Shown here piece by piece: positions 1-13,100 of a stretch of 64,000 nt of DNA. The first letter of the stretch is position 1; each line of letters starts with the position of its first letter. The notes under the pieces are model-generated. The model was not told the DNA's origin, did no database searches, and saw only the letters and a program-made list of their open reading frames with translations. Source of the stretch: Phoronis australis (taxonomy: Eukaryota > Animalia > Phoronida); contig NMRA01000169.1 of assembly GCA_002633005.1 (NCBI GenBank), forward strand, positions 413,387 to 477,386, given 5' to 3'. The translations under genes were made by a program, and so were the position numbers.

Positions 1-368
1 TTGCTTTGAAAGTATCGTTTTGCGTTGGAATTGACCCCAAAACATAAAACTAGCACCAAAAATGAACTTCTCACCCCCCAAAATATTGAAACGATGATAT
101 CACAATTTGTTCTAGTGATAATAATAGCCAACATATGCCAATTTCCATTTTCGGCGGCGGCCATATTGGATTTTGCGCGTAACATCCACCAGGGGGTAAG
201 CACACTTTGTTTGCGGTGTTTTTTGAATTTCTTTTGGTTATACCTAACAGCGTACCAAATTGCAAAAACTTGTCACAAAGTGCCCAATTTTTGCAAATCT
301 GCACATATTCCCTCCCCGCTAAAAAACAAGTTTTGATTTAAGCTACTTTTGAAACTGGTCTTGTCCTG

Positions 369-492
369 TCTTTTATATAATTGTTCAGTTTAGAAGTGAT
401 CTTTTATATGATTGGTCAGTTTAGAAGTGATCTTTTATATGATTGGTCAGTTTAGAAGTCATCTTTTATATGATTGGTCAGTTTAGAAGTGA
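369..492. repeat. 31-bp minisatellite, 4 copies
   Basis: Unit TCTTTTATATGATTGGTCAGTTTAGAAGTGA. Confidence 0.9.
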
Positions 493-3400
493 TATCTGGG
501 CTTATTAAGAATTTGCTGTTCGTTATTCCTCCGTTCTGACCAAGCTAATAAAATTTGAAGTCACTTTGACCTGAAATTTTATGTACTGCTTGGTCTAAAA
601 ATGGTGAGCTAATAGTTCTTTTCAAGGCCAAAAATCCTTTTTAATTTGACTAAGGAGCTATTTAAGGAACTGTTTGAGACCAATTCAATAACGAAAGGCT
701 CTAAATGAAAACTGTTTTTTTACAAAAAAAAAACGTGACTAATACCGCTTTGAATGATCATTAAACATCGTACAAAACAGTAATTTAGTAATCTTTTTGT
801 TGCATTTAGACTCGTAATCAAGGTAAAATGAACTCAAAACTGCAAACAATTACTTTAAATGAAGCAGTACATTAGGTACGACGACAGTCTGGTATTTAAA
901 TAAGCGTACTTTTGTGTTATCAAAAAAGTGTAGTAAAAGACAAATGAGAAAAGTAATTGGTATGACAAACCCGATGTAAGAAATCAATCTAATGCAACTA
1001 AAGAGTTCACCAAAATCCTCAATCTTCAGAATTTATGTCAGGCCATTCGTTTTTAATTAGAAGAGCTTCAAATATGTTTGATTCGGAAGGAATTAAATTC
1101 AAAATTCCAGAGTTGTCTGCTTTATTGACCGCATCACTGGCAACAGTACCCTAAGTACTGGAGTCGTTCCAACATGCCATAAAAACCAGAGAAGTGACCC
1201 GCATGAACGAAACTAAATGCCTAGAAATATCATATTATTTACTGTTCAAAAAAATGCCAGCATATTCGTTTCCCGTTCCGACAGCGTAATTAATCGACCG
1301 GTTTGTTGTCCAAATACTATTGCAGGTGGAGCGATGGCTGATATACAGTTGATACTAGACACCACTAAGGGAAACCAAATAACCTGTCAATGTGTGTGAC
1401 ATTTCGAGAGTCTGCATACAGAATGAATTAGTCTGGTGTGTGGAAATTCAAATTTCAAAGTTTACATACATAAAATTGTAAAATATCTTATAAACTTACA
1501 ATTGCAACAAATTAACACCATCAAAACACAAGTATTGTTTTGTGTCTTTGTTACCTGTGCGACCTCATGTGGTGCAATCGATTCGACTATTAAGAACTAG
1601 TAAAAACTTTTAAAAATATTATGCGTTGACGTTTTTTACTTCAAAGCTATGTTTTTTCATCAACCACAATTCAGTTTTTTCTCACTCAACTCTTTTTCTC
1701 GTTCTCCGTATTACGTTTCTCATGAACAGCCTGAGTCCTTTTTCCCCAAAAAATTATTATTTCGTTTGACTTCTATGATTTCGGATTGGCTCCTTGGTAA
1801 GAGGGCACTTTATTCGTCAAGCATAACTAAGATCGAGGCATAAAGAATTTTTATGAAAATATTACGATGCATCGTTTTAAACACACACGCATGTAGGTTC
1901 GTAGTCAAACATTTCAAAACTACCTTGAGGAAGACCTTTCGTTATTTATACCTTTCCAAGACAACCTTACACCTAAACCCATAGGTGTGCCCTCGCTTAC
2001 AATTCAGACCTATGTACCTTTGGCTACACGAAAACGTCTACACCGTACAAGCAGAAATACACGCAGGGAATCTTATAGAATTCTCATCTCTGAGTCCGTA
2101 GTTATGTTTATAATATATTAATCACATTCCTTTGTGCCATGCCTTGAAACGCTGGCATTCCAAATTGTAACAAAAAAAGGCTTCTATGACATACTAGTTA
2201 TTATTGCCCGACACCAGGGCCCGGGGTCTCATATTTTTACTCATATATCGAACTCGAAATTATTTTAGCATTTCCTACTATACTTCTCTGTATACTCCAG
2301 TACATAATGACTTCCGTGGATAACGTTCTAATTCTAGTTTACACTTGATGCCGTCCTAATTAAAGCTACAAGTTCGTGTTTAAATTCGAAAGTTCAAGCA
2401 TTTACTAACTGAAATCTCGAGTTTTTACTCGGGTCTGGTGCTTAAATAGAGGGGTCATCAAGAGCATACTTGGACAGGAAATAGCCAACTTTCATATGAA
2501 AGGGCTGGCGTGGAAATAAATCCCATAGCACTCAGTAAGGCCACGAGCACTTCTCAGATAAAAACAGAAATGGCCGGGAATCGAGAGATAACGCAGAAAA
2601 TCTGTCAGTGACTTGAAAGGTTGCAGTTTGCGAGAAGAAATCAGCAAGGCAAGTAGATATGTGTGAAAGGTATTCTTCATTTTATAGCTCCTGTAAGTTT
2701 CACCAACTAGCGGGACGAGTAAACAACTCAAAATCATCAGTTTATTCAGAAATCCGTAATTTCTGTAGCCTCAGAGTTTTTAATACATGTATGATGTATG
2801 ACTGATCCTGTCGAAGTCATACGGGTGTAGTTACCTTATTTATGTCGTGTTCTTTGAAAACAATAACCACATTAGTATCATGTCTTCGACCTCAATAACC
2901 ATGTCACGTGTTCGTGCAACAGTCTTAAAGTTATTATACGGTCACGTATCAGAAACGGTTATTGCACAGGAAAGAGTAAAGTTGGCGAAAAAATTTCGGT
3001 TAGAGAGCACAGAACAGAGGGTTTTGCCTATCAGAACACGTCACCTTCACTCTCTCGAAAACTATATGCAACGAACGAAAAGATTTGAGTCATTTCACAT
3101 CAAACGCCCTACTGATGAGCTCAGAAGCTTTATTCTTTCTTGTACATTTGGCCCTAGCACTCCTACTGGAAAGCAAGGTAGGTAAAAACGCAAAAATGGA
3201 GCTTTTCACCTCAAAATCACCACTTCCTTGCCGATGCGCGACATAAGCTGCTATCAGATTCTAAAAGAAAATTCCTTACAGATTCCAAAAATATAGTCTA
3301 AAATTGCTGTCAATTGGTTAGATTTTTGCAATTCTGGTTTGTTCGAGGGTTACCCGAAATCGCATCAGATTTCTCAGTACCTATTCAGCAATACACAAAT

Positions 3401-4148
3401 GCAGCAGGGGGTCGCCATCTTAAAGAAGTGTGGCCTTTTCTCATTCCCAACATGTGCACAAATACAAACAAACCATATTCGCTGAACCTGCGTGCAATGC
3501 CTACCTCAAAACTGCCCCAAGCTTGGCATACCCCTAATTTATTTTTGGCACTGCAAACTGGCCGCGGCTGCAGCCTGACTGTACAGTGCTCTGTGTTAGG
3601 AATATGTTAAACTACGAGCGTTTTTATGGGGTTGTTAGTAGTTTGGATTGCTGAGTACTTAGTCGCATAATAACATCACCGAAATCGAGTTGAAAAACGC
3701 CTGTACTTTAACACAAACACCGTATATGCATACCAATCATCCAGCTGAAGTACAAAATTCCTATTTGAATGTGTGGAAAAAATAAACGGGTTGGTGGAAA
3801 ATGGGAAAGCTGTGTGAATGTGCAAAATTGGTAGATACCATATTATGTACCATTGCAACTTTGCAAAAGAATGGTAAACCAGTTGTAACTGGCCACGCAC
3901 TTAGTTTATAGTTACTGCTCATTGAAAGTACTCCCCTGTCTTCAGTTTATAAATATCCGAATGTAAATTAGGGAATATTGTTAGGCCAAGGGTATTCTTG
4001 GAATTTGAGATACCGGGAACCTCCGACAGAACCTCCTGGGAAAAGTGTGCAGTTAGTGAGAGCATCCATGAGAGAGTAAGATTGTTTGTCATTTAAACGT
4101 GATGTACCAATATCACCATATCCTTCCTGTTTGTTTTGTACTCTGTAG

Positions 4149-7100
4149 ATCACCCATTGGCACCACCCTAACTTCCACGCTTACTTCCCCCACGCCAATT
4201 CCTTTCCATCAATTTGCGGAGACATACTATCAGCTGGCATTGGCTGTATTGGATTCAGTTGGGTAAGTGCGGGTTCTGCTCTATGAAATTGACTTATGGC
4301 TTAAAACAGGGCTTTCGTCTTACGCACCAACTTCACAAAAGTTTAGTCAAGTAATTACGAGTGCATCACAGTCTAGAAATAATTTATAGACATTATCTCA
4401 GTTACTAGCTGTTTTGTGTAGATTTCCATACAATTGCACTGTTACTCAAGAGAGATTTCATTATTTTCAGAAATTGTTGTGTGGAGCGTAAGACAAAGTT
4501 CAGACTCAAGTCCTAAGTCACTTTTCATAAAACACACCTTAATTTTGACAATTGTACGTTATGTGTCTCTTATTTGTCCCCGGCTAAAATGTTGCATTGA
4601 AGGAATATTTCTTTTCTATTGAAGACATGTTTTGTCAAATTTACACTGTGTTACGATTTAAGTGTGCATTCGTGAGTAGTATACTACATGTATATCCTCT
4701 GTGCCGAAAGATATGCTTGATGAGGGTAATCAAGCGCAGCGCTGTTGCGATGCCTGGTTACGGTAACTGAACATGTATGACGTTGATGTTAACTCAGACC
4801 ACAAACCTGCGCTCTCTAGTCTGATGAAATAACGAACTGTTCGTTCTTCTTGAGCTACAGCATCGTACATGTATAGTCCGCCAACTTACCAGCACCGAAC
4901 ACTTGTCACATACTGGAGAAACTATATGCATACCAGGCTTTTGAAAATTATATTCCCACTTCATTTTAGTTAAAAAATTCATAAGACGGGCTTTAATGCT
5001 GGTTAGTTCAGTAGAAACATAAAAGTGGCACAGAACGTGAAAAGCAGATATAATTCCGCTTTTCAAAGTGCTTCTCTGCCGCTGAAACAGAAATCAAACT
5101 GTTCACCGGTTGTATTTTTACGATTTGTTCGTAAAGATTTTGGATTTCTGTTAATGTCTAAGTATTTTTCTTTTGGTTTCAAACGTCAAAAAACGATCTA
5201 CCACTCGGCAAAATATCTCTCCCTATTTGGCATAGCAAAACATAAACGTAGCTCATTTCCCGTATATGGAAAGTGTGACCTTTGAACTTCTGTGTAAACA
5301 AAACAATGGCAATTTCAAGCAGCCAACTTCTTTAAAAACTGTATTGGAATGAAAGTGAATTACTCTCACGTTAGCATCCTCAAGAAGTAGATTCGCCACG
5401 ATCTGCTGAAAATGTGTTTTTACGAAGTTTTGCTTTCCATGCCTCTTTAAGCCCAAATAACGCTCATTCAACACATCCCCAAACATTTTCAAACAAGTGA
5501 ATTTAAAATGATTTTTAGTTTATTTTTATTTTTGCTGGTGCACCACCAACTAAAATGGCCGCCGTAGTGAGTGACAGCATTATGGGTACTCTCTCAACTG
5601 CCGCCCTATATAATGAGTTTTCCCCACAAACATGCCCACTTTTTTAAAAAAATCAAGCGTGATAATTCTTTTGGAATTTTAGGACCATCAGAATGCCTGG
5701 AAATCTCAATTTTGACAGAACCCTGTTAAAACTGGGTTATGTTATTTAGACCTACAGGTACACCCGGTCTTGGATTCCGAAAGTTTGGTATATTTCGCGT
5801 TTAATTTGTCATATGGAAAAAATTGGTTTTGAGACCACATGACCACAACTGAGAATTGCAAGTCACACGGCGTTCGCTGTGAATGACTTTGTTAAGAAGT
5901 GCTTCTACCACCCTTAGTGAACGTATCGCAGATGAAATCAAGAGACTATTTTGAAAGCAATTTTTCCATAATTGGCATTTCAGGCCTCTAGTCCTGCTTG
6001 CACTGAACTCGAAATCGTAACTATGGACTGGTTAGGAAAGATGTTAAAACTACCAAACGAATTCTTGACTTCTCGGTCAGATGGTAGAGGAGGTGGCGTT
6101 ATCGAGGTAATTATCTGGCTATCGTTATCGGGGTAATTATCTGGTTATCGTTGGTGCAAAAGTGTTTTTATTATGCAAGCTGCGCGTTGTCATCTCAAAT
6201 TTCGTTCCTTACTCTTGAGGCATGTTTTGATTGTTTACCTGTAAAGTAATACAATTCGTTAGGAACTTTATCATACCTCAACCCAAGTAATAAATGTGAT
6301 GAAACATCTGATGTTAATCTGTACTCACCTGATGTTGATTCTATTTTATACATCGAAACGTTGTGTTGTTTTATAATTTGCTTATTTTAAACAATTTAAT
6401 ACCGTTATGGCAAAGGACTCGTGTTATAACGTTGAATAGTACTTCTAATAAAATAGCCTGAAAATCGTTTGTGATTTCATTTTCAGAGCACAGCTAGTGA
6501 ATCTGCTCTAATGTGTGCACTCGCCGCAAGGTCAAAGGTCATAAACAAAAAACGAGATCAAGATTCTTCTTTATCTGCTTCTGACGTCATTGGTAGATTG
6601 GTTGCATACATGTCAGATCAGGTGATGACGCTTTTCAAGTATCTGCAATGCAGCACGGTGACTCACAAAAATATCACGCTTCAATGTGAAGGAGGCTTCA
6701 GTTCTATGAATACTTCATATTTGGGAAAATTATATGACTTCGCCGGTTCCGCCAGGTCCGTGATAAGGATCACTACGTTGTCACCCTCGCCAATCGAGAT
6801 TGGACAACTCCACCGGTTCGCTTGAAGCGAAATCCGATGGCAATCTTCAAAGAAACCATACTTTTGTAGGCAATTACACTGTACATCGCCTGTCAACGCC
6901 ACAGCCTGTTGATCTGATCGTTCTCTAGATAATCAAACTCATCATAAACACACTGGGGGCAATAATATTTTCTAAATTCTCATATTGAATGTTTTAAAAT
7001 AGCATATTTGCATACTTTGTGAAAAGTACACAAGGATAAGTTTTTGAACTTTGAAAATCGGACAAGAAATGCGACGTTTACAAACTAAACTTTTGAACAA

Positions 7101-10100
7101 TGTTGCCAGTACTCTGCTTGTCATGTCAACCGCTGAGGCATCTGATGACGAATTGCGGCTCACAGATTAATCGGATTCTTAGACGGTTGATCGAATGGAA
7201 CCAGTGAAGTCAATCAAGTGCAGCCAAGTGTAGGGCCTACATAGACACTGGGCGCACTTAACTGCGCAGCAGCCGGGTCAAGTGGCCAAGACATCGGATT
7301 GGTCTGTAAGCCGGAACCAGTCAGATAGCATAGTCAAATGGCCGGTAGCAAGCGGCGGAGACAAACAAGTGTACACAATATTATGCCTTTTTCAGTTGCG
7401 GCCTCAGTCATGTTGAAACGAGGCTCTGATATTCTGAGTCGCCGTTTTCCAAACAGGTTACACGATGGAAGGGACACTACAGTTATGACCGGTCTACGTT
7501 TCAGAAAGTTTCCAATGAAGGTCACCTTTAAGCTTATGCATGTGCAGTAGAAGACGAACGGCGGAGGTTATCAAGTTCTTAAATTAGCCTGCTCAAGCTA
7601 GCATGACTTTGCATAGAGTGCGACATATTCGAAAATGCCCTGCTTTTTATTTGTCGTTGGCCTACTGAGACACGGGACCACTAAGTCACAAAAAATGCCT
7701 CTGATGTGAGTCCTGCACTTCAGTGTCACCGAGTCAGAACTGTTGTGCAAGCTTGGTGGGTTTCTACAGAAACAAACTTTTAAAGTTGCGTTGTGTCTTG
7801 TTTAGCTGGCTAAAACGAAAATTGAATTAGACCTTTCACTCTCATAAAATCGGTTTCGTCATACTTTTTACAGTGGTAGCATTCTATTTCTGTTACCAAC
7901 TACAGCATCAAACTTATTATTACAATGTATATCACTACGCTAAATGCATATTGTGCCAGTAAAGTACGGTAATTAACCTTTCAGGCGCACTGCTCTGTAG
8001 AGCGGGGAATGATGATTGCACTGGTCAGCTATCGTAAAATCGAAAGTGACGATAAGCATAAGATGAAACCGGAAGCTCTCCAAGCTGCCATTGAAGAGGA
8101 CTTAGAGGGCGGCAAAATACCTTTCTTTGTACGCTTCATTTCCACTGGTGATGCTGGTATCGCATTTTGTAGAATTGATGTAAACCTCGTGCCCAAGGAG
8201 CGTAGAGTTGCCAATTATGAACGACTTCATATCAGATGATTTCATGTCAAACTACATCCTGTTGATTTTGTACAGCATTTTGGCTTGACACTTCGTATAA
8301 TGTTTGTGTTCACTGGCGAATAAGAAAGTGATGCTCATTTGGCCCCTATTTCAGTCTTCATGGTTCTATAGATCACTTAAGCTATGTATCAAACCCGCAA
8401 AAAGAAGATAGTGAAATGATTTGTATTTTTACACGACCACTGATATACTTGTGTCATGTGATGGGCTGAAACGCGGTAAAGTAACTTCCGATATAGCGTA
8501 TAATTGACCAAACTGGCTATAGAATTTCACTTTTCATTGATACCGCCCGGATGTCAGATGTTGCTATTCACGATATGATCAATCGGAACAGTATCGGTAC
8601 GCAATGACCACGAATTGAGCAGATGATCTCACCACATCAAAACAAGGAAGGTCAAGATAGTCAAGTCAGAGACAAAAATCAGAGGAAAGGAGTACCATGG
8701 TCGTAAAAAACAATAAAGGCCAATCCCTTAGAAGTATCAGGTCATATGCACCTCGGGAAAGTACTGTTAGGGCAGTAGCGTGCAGAGGTTTGGTGATGCC
8801 CGAGGCTATTTTTATTGTAGTTCCTTCTCTCAACTACATGGGCCCTAATACTAAGAAAAAAGTAAAAAAGACGAAACATAAAATATAAACTTTATTCAGT
8901 TTAATTACAAATCAGTCACAATTTCAAAAAGCAAAAAGTTTATTCTTAGTGATTGGATGGTGCCTCCCCCCGAACTGGGCCACTGAAACTGGTTCATATA
9001 TCTATATTTGTGCATTGTACTTCTACGGAACGTCGTGTCAATTTATATCTACTCACGGGTCTGTGAAAAACAGATAATTTCTGAGTTCTTACAGAAGCGT
9101 GGCCTACAAAGGTGTCTCCAGGTTGTTGTAAATAGCACATCCTTCACCAAGCTTTAATGTTTTGGATTCATCACGAAGTGTAAGAAGTATCATTTGTCAA
9201 CATTGTATTCCAGTGCTGTGCTACCTTAGGGACGACAAGTTCGTGTGCGTTTGACAATTTGATTGAGATAGGTCCAGTGTGCAACAGACACGGAATATGG
9301 TTGCACATTGACGCAGCCTACGCTGGCGCTGCTTTTATTTGTCCAGAGTTTAGGCACCTTCTAGACGGGGTTGAGGTACGTGGCGTTTCGTTAGCTTGCT
9401 CGAATTCGCTCATAAATCACTCGAAGATAAAAAATGGATGTTTGTCTAGCTGTGTTAAATTTCACGTTTTCTATTGCCGATGATAATTTTGTATCGTTAT
9501 CAATTTAGCACCCTCAAGAAAACACTTTGTTCGTTTTACAATTACAGTTTGCCGACTCCTTCAATTTCAATCCTTGCAAATGGATGATGGTCACGTTTGA
9601 TTGTTCAGCTTTGTGGTAAGTATTTCCCACCATAATTCTCAGTCAAACTAAACAAAAAGGCGCTTTTTTCTCAAAATGACCTCCTGTCGTGGTAGCCATA
9701 TTCCAAGTCTTTTTATCTCGGCAATAGTAAGTACACAGATGGCTTGCTACATTCAACCAGAGTTTCAGCTGGTGCCCACTAGGTCTTATGCATATAGGCC
9801 TATAACTGACATGTTTTAGATTACAACCATTACCGAATTCAAGTTACAGCTCAAGTTATAAAATATTCTAGGTTCAATTCATTTTTAAATTACACAAATA
9901 GATGTAAGTATTGTCTGCATTGGCGTGTGGGTTACATTTATCCACAAAGGTCTAAGCATCACATGCAATGCACCTGCGGTTGAAGACAAAGTGCCGTGGT
10001 CATACATCGTGTGAGTTGAATTCCCTTTGATTAGACCTTTAGTCCTTTTGGATCCGATACGGCTCATCACCTACAGCCAAACTACTGTACATTGCTGTGT

Positions 10101-13100
10101 TTAAGTCTCACGTTCCCACTTCACAACCACCAAATGAAGGTTTGGTCACATAGTTTTTAGCATATCGTTGTCTGGGAATAATTTGTCCAAATTTTCTCAG
10201 TAAACAACAGCTATGAGTATACTCCCAGATACTTTGTACTTTTACTAAAGTGAGTTTTAATTATTTCTCAGAAATACTTATGTGCCCCGTAAGTCCAAAT
10301 TTCTGTCTCAAGTAATGAGTCAGTTTCATGGAACAGAACCCAGGCCTGCCTAATTCTAAAAATAGGGGTGATGTTAAACCTAAATTGTTGAATGCGACAA
10401 ATGCACTCGGACAGTGTTTCAGAAAACAGAAACGCCAACACGTTATATTCAGTAAGACCCATGTTCTCCTGGACCAGTATTCGCCCCATGCATTGAACAT
10501 ATACCGTATTTTGTAGGGTGAAGGAGAGCAAAAGTCTAAGTGAGATGTTCAAGGTTGACCCGTTATATCTGAGACACGCCAACCAAGACCGCGTCTTTGA
10601 TTACCGGGTAAGTTTTAAAAACACTTAATATGGGCCTCATCTGGTCAATATAATGCACGAGACAGTTGATCGCGTCCTATGGACGACCTAAGTAGATAAT
10701 CTATGCGTCGACTGGCACACCAGATTTATTTACAAGACGCGGGAAACAAAACATGGTTGCGGATCTTTACTTTTTACGTATGGTCTTGAGCAACGAGGCA
10801 TGATGAGCCCGAGGTAAAAAAAATTGAACAATCTGATGACATGAACGTAACATTTCAAGTTTTGAATTTCATTACTTAAAGAACTAGTTGATGTGCATGA
10901 TAAGTTCTTTTAGCTACAGCAGATTTGTTGTTCTATTAACCAATGCTTAACTGCATACATGTATTGAGTCACTCAAACATTTTATAACCCGATCGACCGA
11001 AAATTTTCGTCTTATTTTAGCATTGGGGAATTCCTATGGGAAGACGTTTTCGTTCGCTAAAACTATGGTTTGTACTGCGCTGCTTTGGTATAAATCAGCT
11101 GCAGGATAGAATACGAAAGGTAAGATTAAATAGCACTTTAAGAATCTTTTCACTAACAATATCCACGGACGTTTACACTAAAATGACGTCGTCATTGGTT
11201 ATTTACAATAATGACGTCATCTGTCGAACATTTTAAAACCTTTCTACCACCTCTGCTGGAAAGAAAACCGGGATCTTAGAATATAACCAAAAATGCCAGC
11301 TTGACAATTTTCTGCCACGAAACAAGAACCGACACTTCCCCGTCCTTGCGCAACAAAAGTCCATAACAGATTCTGTCAAATTNAGGTTGCCTTCGCCTTT
11401 AAAGAACTAGTCGATGTGTATGATAAAATCTTTTAGCTACAGCAGATTTGTTGTTCTATTAACCAATGCTTAACTGCATACATGTATTGAGTCACTCAAA
11501 CATTTTATAACCCGATCGACCGAAAATTTTCGTCTTATTTTAGCATTGGGGAATTCCAATGGGAAGACGTTTTCGTTCGCTAAAACTATGGTTTGTACTG
11601 CGCTGCTTTGGTATAAATCAGCTGCAGGATAGAATACGAAAGGTAAGATTAAATAGCACTTTAAGAATCTTTTCACTAACAATATCCACGGACGTTTACA
11701 CTAAAATGACGTCGTCATTGGTTATTTACAATAATGACGTCATCTGTCGAACATTTTAAAACCTTTCTACCACCTCTGCTGGAAAGAAAACCGGGATCTT
11801 AGAATATAACCAAAAATGCCAGCTTGACAATTTTCTGCCACGAAACAACAACCGACACTTCCCCGTCCTTGCGCAACAAAAGTCCATAACAGATTCTGTC
11901 AAATTCCCTTCAGATAGAAAATAGGGCCCAAGGGTTGTCAATCAATCGTTTTTTGCAATCTTAATCCGTTTGAGGGCTACCTCAGTGAAATCGCAGTAGA
12001 TTCCTCAGCTGACAGACTGTTCTTCTGGGTCAACTGCGCTCGATGGGAGGCCACCATTTTGAAGACAAGTAAATCTTGCGGCGGTAAATGGATTTTGCTT
12101 ATTCCCAGTATATGTTCACAGCACGAGCAAATAAACCTACTTCCAAGTCAACCCACAAAACTGCCGTCAAACCAGATATGCCCCCAATTTAATTTCTTGC
12201 GGAGTGCATATTGACTGCGGCTTTTAAGCAACAGTCAATTTAAAGTCACACCTGGGAGAAAGATACATTTGATATTGGTCCTAGGTCTGACTTAACAGTG
12301 CCACTTTATATAAGCTTACTATTTAAAGCTGTCAATCGGAATACTTATTTTTCGATCTGCTTCAATATTGTTGTTGAGTAGTGAACACACGAATTAAGTG
12401 AACACTCCCAAGGTTGCACAGTTCTGTTTGGAACAGACGGGAAAATGTAACTAAAAACAAGGCCGGTAGGGCACTTCCAATTATTACCACAAGCCAGTAG
12501 TTCTTGTGCAGCTGGAGAGGGTGAAATACGAATGTAACGCATGAAGGACATTGAAGAGAGAGGAGTCGGGGGGGGGTGGCGGCGGTCATATGACCCGGAG
12601 TTTCGGGACCCTCCTCGGCACCCCGCGCAATCTCTGACCCAAAAAAAAGAAAATGAACATTTCAACAACAAAGAATTTTTGGAGATGGGGCTTCAACAGG
12701 AAACAATGGCGTACCCTTCTCTCCACTGACCTCACCCCGGCAATAAACCGCGTATGAAATTTTATAAGAACAAAATGGACTAGCTTGGAAAGTTTTAATC
12801 TCGTAGACCAAATACATAGCTGTATTTTGTTCTGGGTAGCTGGTTAAAAACAAAAGTCGAATTAATTTTTGACCTTTTACTCTCATAAAATCGAACTCAC
12901 AATATTTTTAGTTGCCGTGATAGCATGCTGTTTCCTTTATCGACACATGTCACAGACAGTGCACACACGCGTTATTTTCGAAGTTTCGGTGTTTGCCAAC
13001 CCCAAATTCTCTGAAACGTTTATTTGAGTCGATGATGGTTTCTACGTTCTTGTTGTTAACAGAAATTGAATCCTACCACAGAAAGGACTATTGGGCCGAG

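Noticed and set aside
2847-3185. ORF containing LESTEQRVLP as the missing first decarboxylase exon
   Set aside because: The resemblance is superficial; it lacks the EFR..G..MVDYIADY, PGYL and IMPG motifs.
11544-11642. Tandem or mutually exclusive duplicated exon of the decarboxylase
   Set aside because: The protein sequence is identical, the intron flanks are nearly identical, and the copies sit either side of a single-N gap, as at two other gaps; an assembly artefact is more likely.
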